The translations under genes and the position numbers were made by a program. From an uncultured Nitrososphaeraceae archaeon (GTDB taxonomy: Archaea; Thermoproteota; Nitrososphaeria; Nitrososphaerales; Nitrososphaeraceae): DNA of 64,000 bases. The notes beneath the pieces were generated by a model, which did no database searches, was not told the DNA's origin, and saw only the letters and a program-made list of their open reading frames with translations. The DNA is taken from positions 32,001 through 96,000 of the forward strand of contig CAWGVG010000026.1 in NCBI GenBank assembly GCA_963825865.1, read 5' to 3'. Position 1 is the first letter of the stretch. Every line of letters begins with the position of its first letter. This document shows, piece after piece, positions 58,027 to 64,000 of the stretch.

Positions 58027-58233
58027 CTATTTGTGGCAGTTGACGCAAATTATGTTACTTGCGAGTTGAGTTACATGATTAAAAAAGCCGGTCACGTGTG
58101 CCCTTTGATCGATGCTCTGGGTAACATTAGTATTACCGCCTCTACTGGTTGCAAATGCGGGTGTTACGGCTAGTGTTCCTACTACTAATACTGCCACTGC
58201 CAGCAGTGCGAATATACCTATGGTTTTATTCAT
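58027..58233 (-). CDS. small secreted protein, distant member of the GF-x-N-x3-Q family
   Basis: Signal peptide ending PAFA; NVTQSIDQRAHVTGFFNHVTQLASNIICVNC. Confidence 0.7.
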   Translation of the reverse strand: MNKTIGIFALLAVAVLVVGTLAVTPAFATSRGGNTNVTQSIDQRAHVTGFFNHVTQLASNIICVNCHK

Positions 58234-58449
58234 TATAGAGTCTAGTAATAGTCTAACATATAAATATATACATATATAGATAAATATGAAAAAAGTCTAT
58301 TTAATTTCATTCTAATTTCGCTGATTTTCGGCGGACTTAAATGGTTCTCCGTTGGTTTAAAAAGCCGAATAAAAAACGTCAGATATTTTTACTAATAATC
58401 AATCGTCATCAGATGACAGTTCCCCTTCTAATTTCCAAGGTTTGGATGT

Positions 58450-58585
58450 ATGATTATTTGCTGTATACTTTGTATCTGCGACTTGCTGTGCAATCCAAAA
58501 TCTTGTTTCATCATCCATAAGTGGATAGAGATATTTCATATCGCCTTTGATTTTCAAATATAGTTCATCAGTCCTTATTCTCTGA
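58450..58585 (-). mobile_element. IS6-like transposase internal remnant
   Basis: RTDELYLKIKGDMKYLYPLMDDETRFWIAQQVADTK (first catalytic Asp region). Confidence 0.7.
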
Positions 58586-58649
58586 ACCCTTTGCTCTGTC
58601 AAGCGTTATTCGTTCCTTTGCTTATACATATCGTATTGAAAGAGAGAGA

Positions 58650-58961
58650 CTATTCTTCCACATACACATTACCATTTTCTATACTGACTTTGAACGAGCG
58701 AAGGGATTTCAGCTTCTCTGTGAACAATACCATCTTTCCACTTGTCACATCCCATTTTGCACCATGCCATGGACATACCAATTCCTTGCCATTGAGTCTA
58801 CCTTCGTGAAGTCTAGCCCCTTCATGGGAACATATGTTACTTGTGGCATAATAATTTCCTCCTATATTGACAACTAGAATATCTTTCTTTTTACCCATCA
58901 GTAAATGAATCATTTTTCCGTGTGGAATATCAGAGGCCTTCCCAACGAAAAGTCTAGTCAC
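58650..58961 (-). CDS. Rieske-type [2Fe-2S] ferredoxin
   Basis: CSHEGARL and CPWHGAKWD motifs. Confidence 0.92.
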   Translation of the reverse strand: MTRLFVGKASDIPHGKMIHLLMGKKKDILVVNIGGNYYATSNICSHEGARLHEGRLNGKELVCPWHGAKWDVTSGKMVLFTEKLKSLRSFKVSIENGNVYVEE

Positions 58962-59102
58962 TCAAAATATATAGTCGTATTTTCATTATTTAAAATCTAG
59001 CCTGATTGTCAATTTAGAAAATGCAATCAATAAAATTAAAAAAATTATTGTCTGGTGTGAAGTTATGGTAACGACTATGGGTTGTAAGGATTTTCCTCCT
59101 CC

Positions 59103-59880
59103 TCATCCACCTTGAACATTTACTATGCCCACTTTATTCAATTCAGATCCTATTCCATAACCTACAAGTGCCACGCCAGTGCCTAGACCTGCCATCTCAA
59201 TTCCCCCTCTAACCCAATTCTTCTTTGCCATACGCGATTTTATTGCACCTACTATAAATGAAGACGTTACGCTCAGACCTATTGCTATACCAATAGCTAT
59301 ACTAGAAGATATAAATCCAGCTTTAACAACAAAGTACCGGTAGGATTGGTAGAATACCGCCCAAGAGAAATGCTCCAAACATAACCAATGCACCTTTTAA
59401 TGGACTTCCTACAATTTCCAAATTGAGTCCCAATTCTTCAGTTAACATTGTCTTGAGCCAAACATCTTTGTCGGACGTTATCTTGTGAACTACTCTTCTA
59501 AGGTCATCACCTCTAAACCCTTTGGCCATGTATACGTCCTCTATTTCCTGTCTTTCCTTATCTGGAACATTCTCTATCTCGAATTCTTCTCGTTTTATTT
59601 CTGATTCTAATATCTCCCTTTGAGATTTTACTGCGAGGTAATTCTGAACCGCCATCGCTTTGGCACCTGTAAACATTCCAATTAGCGTGGCAAGTATAAC
59701 AATATCAGCGGCAACTGCAGCACCACCAACACCAGATACAATTCCTAAGGATGTATTGACCCCATCACCAAATCCAAATACCAAATCTCGTATATTGCTG
59801 CTTTCTTTGATGTGAGGTTCTATGTGTGTTCTAGATTTACTTTCCAATTGGCATTCTAAATGAATTTTGTAGATACACAT
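59103..59880 (-). CDS. VIT1/CCC1 family Fe/Mn transporter (frameshift near 59340)
   Basis: RDLVFGFGDGV, AMAVQNYL, EEL GL, GGILPILP; C-terminal TMs in ORF 59103-59393. Confidence 0.88.
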
Positions 59881-60540
59881 TAAAAAAGATTACAGTGGCT
59901 ATTAACTATTCATCACTGGTTATTTTAGTTTTAGATAACGCTGTTTTTATCTAAAGATTTCTTTGCAACTTCATACAGGTTAAGGCCTAATTTTTTTTAG
60001 TACGTAGAATAAGGCGCACAACCACAGTATATCTACTACCGATTGAAATATGGCTACTACTACAATGTATTTAGGGGGTCTGTGTTGTAGATCAATTTAC
60101 TTAAGATCCAGAGGCTAAACTTAGGGCTGATAGTGAGAACACCTAAGATTGCCAAATCAGAGAATTTGTTTAAGATATAACACTCAAAATATTATGCTAG
60201 AAGAAGAAGCGTTGTGTATTTGCGAGCAACAATACAAAGCCAGTACTTCTTTTCGGAAAATGGTAGTAGTATTGTTAATGATCGCAAAATTGAGTCATAT
60301 ACATTACGGTAGTCTCGAACTTTCATTTTCCACAGTTTGTGCCTTAATTATTAGGTTATTTAATTTGGATCCTCAGCTTTTTAACGTTTTAGAGTATATC
60401 TTGTGAGTATAAGAACCTCTCCGCTACTGCACAGCCTACCAGAAAGTCCAATTAATTAGAGAAGACAGGAATAATCTATCTTTTCAATATAAATAATGGC
60501 ATCAAGCGGGTAACTAAAGAATGTTCAAATTCATTTTTAT

Positions 60541-61029
60541 ATGGTCTTTAGCGTATTTAGATATATTAAGTTGCCTCCTGCAGAAGATTCAAAATTTTCA
60601 AAAATAATGGTAGCAATTGATGGTTCAGAGCATTCATTGAAAGCAGCTGAATATGCTTTAGAAATAGCAAAATCCTTTAGTGCACAGCTTTATGCAGTTA
60701 CTGTTACCTATGTTCCTGAATCATACCATCTTAAACAAGAAGATGTATTAAACCAATCAATAGAAATGCGTGGTAGCATCGAAGATGCCAAAACATGGCT
60801 CAAAAAGTTCAATCAGGACTCAAGAGAAGACAGCATCCAACTGAAAACAGAATTAATTAACAGCCACAGACCTGTAGATTATGTAATATTAGAATACGCA
60901 GAGAAGAACGATATTGATTTGATTGTGCTAGGAACAAGAGGAAGATCAGGATTTAAGAAACTATTACTTGGAAGTATTGCATCTTCTGTAGTAACTTATG
61001 CACATTGTCCTGTAATGGTAGTAAAGTGA
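60541..61029 (+). CDS. universal stress protein
   Basis: KIMVAIDGS, DLIVLGTRGRSG, LLGSIA, CPVMVVK. Confidence 0.93.
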   Translation: MVFSVFRYIKLPPAEDSKFSKIMVAIDGSEHSLKAAEYALEIAKSFSAQLYAVTVTYVPESYHLKQEDVLNQSIEMRGSIEDAKTWLKKFNQDSREDSIQLKTELINSHRPVDYVILEYAEKNDIDLIVLGTRGRSGFKKLLLGSIASSVVTYAHCPVMVVK

Positions 61030-61115
61030 GCTCTTTATTATCTACTAAAAGGAAAATGGGGAAGACATAATAAGCCTTTTTAGGCATATTCATTAGTATT
61101 GACTTTCAGGTGCTC

Positions 61116-61583
61116 TCAATTTAATTGTGGAATTTTGGCAATACGTCTTCCATATACGTCTTCGAATTCCCTTGGCTTGGCATCTTTGAAAACATCTTTG
61201 CTACAATACCTCATAGAGTATGCTGCCATCATATCCAAAATTGGTTGTAGAGCCAGGCCTTTTTCTGTTGGACAATACTCTACTCTTATAGGTGTTTCAT
61301 GTGAGTAGACTTTACGTTTTATTAGTCCTATCTTTTCCATTTCTCTAAGTCTCACAGATAGAGTTTTGGGATTGGCTCCTTCTAGAGACTTTAATAATTG
61401 ATTAAACCTGGTCTGTTTGGCATTTATCATATTTCTTAAAATTAAAACTGTAAATTTTTTGCCAATTATCTTAAAAGTGTTTTCGATGGGACAAGATTTC
61501 ATTCTAATATTGTCTGACGGGTTTATTATTTGTTCAAAGGCAGTATTAGTAGCAGTAGCAGTAGCTGCTCTAGTAGCTTCCAT
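61116..61583 (-). CDS. HxlR family winged-helix regulator
   Basis: SCPIE...IIGKKFT.LIL, RFNQL, LS.RLREME, P.RVEY..TEKG. Confidence 0.9.
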   Translation of the reverse strand: MEATRAATATATNTAFEQIINPSDNIRMKSCPIENTFKIIGKKFTVLILRNMINAKQTRFNQLLKSLEGANPKTLSVRLREMEKIGLIKRKVYSHETPIRVEYCPTEKGLALQPILDMMAAYSMRYCSKDVFKDAKPREFEDVYGRRIAKIPQLN

Positions 61584-61715
61584 AGCTACTATAAAGTTGT
61601 ATCACCTTATATAGTTACCTTTGTATAGTTAATAAAATACATACTGTCTCGTAACTCACTATCCAATGAGTAACTTTCATATTTATATATAATTACTGCA
61701 TTATAGTAACCAACG

Positions 61716-62734
61716 GTGAGTTATGAAAATATGACTTCTGAGTTCAATAAAGATAATTCCAAAAACCAGAGAGAATATCCTAATTCTAATTTACAATTAC
61801 AAACTTCTATTACTGATTCTAATGCTGTATGTTCTGTATGCAAAAGCAATCAAATAATTACAGATATTGAATCTGGCGAGATTATATGTAGTAAATGTGG
61901 CCAGGTTATTTCAGAGAAGGTCCAGGAAATACGACCTGAATGGCGGAATTTTGCTTCACAGTCATCATCATCAGATGGATCCTTAAATGATAGAAATAGA
62001 ATAGGTATGCCAACAACCTTAGCTCGACACGATATGGGGCTATCAACAATAATCGGAAGAACTGACAGAGACGCCAGTGGACAAAAAATAGACGCAGGAA
62101 TGCTCTCTGCAATGGGCAGGTTGAGGACTTGGGACTTAAGGACAAAGATTCACACACCTACTGAAAGAAATCTTAAGCAAGCCTTTTTTCAACTTGAAAT
62201 ATTAAAAGACAAACTTGGACTACCAGATACTGTAGTTGAAAAAGCGGCATACATCTACAGAAAGGCTCAGGAAAGACAATTGGTACGAGGTAGGACAATT
62301 TCTGGAATTTTGGCTGCTGTCCAGTATATATTACATGTAGAGAAATGGGCATCTCAAGAACGTTAAAAGATATAGGTACCAATAGTAACGTTAAACTCAG
62401 AGAAGTTGCTAGAAGCTATAGGCTACTATACCTTGAACTTGATCTTAAAATCCCAATAGTTGATCCTATGAAGTATATTGCAAGAGTGGCAAACAAGGCT
62501 AACCTGAGTGAGAAAACTAAACGACAAGCGGCAGAGATTATGAACAATGTTACTAAAAGAGAGATATCTGCTGGAAAAGATCCAATGGGGCTTGCAGCAT
62601 CTGTACTTTATGTATCCTGTATTAAAACTGGTGAGAATAGAACCCAAAGTAGTATTTCAAAGGCGGCAGGAGTAACAGAAGTGACTCTCAGAAGTAGGTA
62701 CAAGGATCTCGTAAATCAACTTCAGTTAAATTAA
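61716..62734 (+). CDS. tfb: transcription initiation factor IIB (frameshift near 62325)
   Basis: CSVC..TDIESGEIICSKCG, PEWRNF, HDMGLST; second cyclin repeat GKDPMGLAA and GVTEVTLR in ORF 62345-62734. Confidence 0.92.
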
Positions 62735-62947
62735 GATCAATATATCTATTTACTAAATGATCATTTCAAAGAGTTTAAGGCAACGGCAGAGATATTAAGA
62801 TAAGAGCTCTGTTTCGCTATATTAGAAATGAATTAGCCATCAGTAGAGCATGCGCTGCATCATAAAAAATTTATTCTCTACTCTCTAAACTATTAGTTAA
62901 TAAGGAAAAACTTATAGTTTACAAGAGCAACCACAAATATTAGTAAC

Positions 62948-63145
62948 ATGCCAGTAAAATTAGGAAAAAAGAAATACGAAAAATTTTCAGATGCATCTAC
63001 AGCAATTCAGAAAAAGAAAGGTATATCAAAAGACAGAGCTAATGCTTATGTTGCATCAGTAGAACGTAAGCAAGGTATAGAACCAAGAACAGGAAAAAAC
63101 ATAAACAAGACGAAGATGCCTGGAAGAAAGACAAATAAAAAATAA
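62948..63145 (+). CDS. small basic protein
   Basis: 65 aa, Lys-rich, AYVASVERKQ. Confidence 0.6.
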   Translation: MPVKLGKKKYEKFSDASTAIQKKKGISKDRANAYVASVERKQGIEPRTGKNINKTKMPGRKTNKK

Positions 63146-63149
63146 AATG

Positions 63150-63407
63150 AGGAAGGGCTTGCGAAGAAGCCAATGCAGGAAGGAGATGTTTCTAACGACA
63201 TAGATCAGGCAGCAGCAGCATGAGGAGGAGAAACATCGTCGGCATCCAACAAAGCGCTAGGAATAGATTTATCAGAAGATGGTAAATTTGTAATTGATGG
63301 GCAAAGGCTATATAATTTAGCAATACATAACAACTATGACCCACCATTATATTGTAACAGATGTTAAGGGAAAAGGATCTCGAATATACGCATCTACTTT
63401 TGGCTAA
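63150..63407 (+). pseudogene. remnant copy of the DipZ-like redoxin C-terminus
   Basis: LGIDLSEDGKFVIDGQRLYNLAIHNNY...DVKGKG..IY..TFG* homologous to 27240-27393. Confidence 0.8.
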
Positions 63408-63548
63408 TATAGCTATATACTAATGTCTAAGTGAGACCATTAACCTATTTAAGCTTGTATCGAGCTTGCCAACTTACCTGTCCTTCACCTAGTAACATCA
63501 TCATCACTTAGTAGTTTATATACTTACAAATATATAGTAACTAACGTT

Positions 63549-64000
63549 ATGCTACAAGAAGACGATATTATACTTACCTGTGGGTTTAGTAAGAAAATTG
63601 CTTATGAAAACGATCCTGGAGAATTTATTGACAATGAAAATTTTAGATCAGAAGTGGCAGTGCCGAATACGATGATAACTAACGAAGAAGAAAAAGAACA
63701 ACGACAACAACGCAATGGAAACAAAATATTACAATTAACGGATTTCAATCAAGCATTTGAATTAGTAAAGTCCGCAGTCGAAGACAAATTTAAGATGCAT
63801 AGAGCTGGATTGAGTTTGATACTTCAAGGACTACCGACCAATCTAGGAGCCTATCACGTTCTCGGGTCCAACTTAATCATTGTAAATAAAAGAATCCTAG
63901 CTATAATAAAAAAGTACAAGTCTCATGAGGAATATAATTCATACTTGTTTATGGTGTTAGCCCACGAATATCTTCATAGCTTTGGCATAATAGATGAGTG
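63549..64000 (+). CDS. putative zinc metallopeptidase (HExxH), runs off window end
   Basis: Open frame ...HRAGLSL.LQGLP..LGAYH.LGSN...FMVLAHEYLHSFG. Confidence 0.7.
   Translation, partial: MLQEDDIILTCGFSKKIAYENDPGEFIDNENFRSEVAVPNTMITNEEEKEQRQQRNGNKILQLTDFNQAFELVKSAVEDKFKMHRAGLSLILQGLPTNLGAYHVLGSNLIIVNKRILAIIKKYKSHEEYNSYLFMVLAHEYLHSFGIIDE

Noticed and set aside
59976-59990. DtxR operator upstream of VIT1 (CAGGTTAAGGCCTAA)
   Set aside because: Biologically attractive, but the spacer is 6 rather than 4 nt and one half-site is imperfect; not supportable without a scan.
1-64000. tRNA, rRNA or att-site tRNA near the integrase fragment
   Set aside because: No cloverleaf-like GC-rich segment or rRNA-like sequence was recognised by eye; tRNAscan-SE would be needed to exclude one fully.

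Overview
AT-rich archaeal DNA whose gene content points to a soil Thaumarchaeote (Nitrososphaeraceae-like). That taxonomy is an inference from two TFB paralogues, CDC48, a stand-alone TRAM protein, a MEDS/receiver pair, a secreted Cam-type gamma-carbonic anhydrase, and many small secreted and Zn-finger proteins. It is an accessory, gene-sparse region. Recognisable modules are: an MFS transporter; gamma-CA; a CUT1 sugar ABC transporter; a ZIP transporter and DtxR-family regulator sharing four TTAGG-N4-CCTAA operators; a sensor kinase; a MacB/FtsX permease; a DipZ-like CxxS redoxin; ASCH; HdeD; dodecin; an RTX-repeat protein; and a Rieske/VIT1/USP/HxlR/TFB block. Mobile relics are an internally deleted IS5-like element with intact TIRs and an 8-bp TSD, IS6-like fragments, an integrase fragment and a terminase-like fragment. 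Many otherwise intact genes carry isolated 1-bp indels, probably sequencing or assembly errors; other loci are genuinely decayed. The most unusual signals are: (i) a four-member family of small secreted proteins with a curlin-like Q-x-A-x-V-x-G-F-x-N-x3-Q core and Cys pair, three of them associated with a conserved palindrome+TATA motif; (ii) an exactly 29-bp-periodic ACTAATGGTGA array next to the terminase relic; (iii) several dispersed duplicated cassettes. No rRNA, tRNA or CRISPR array was recognised.
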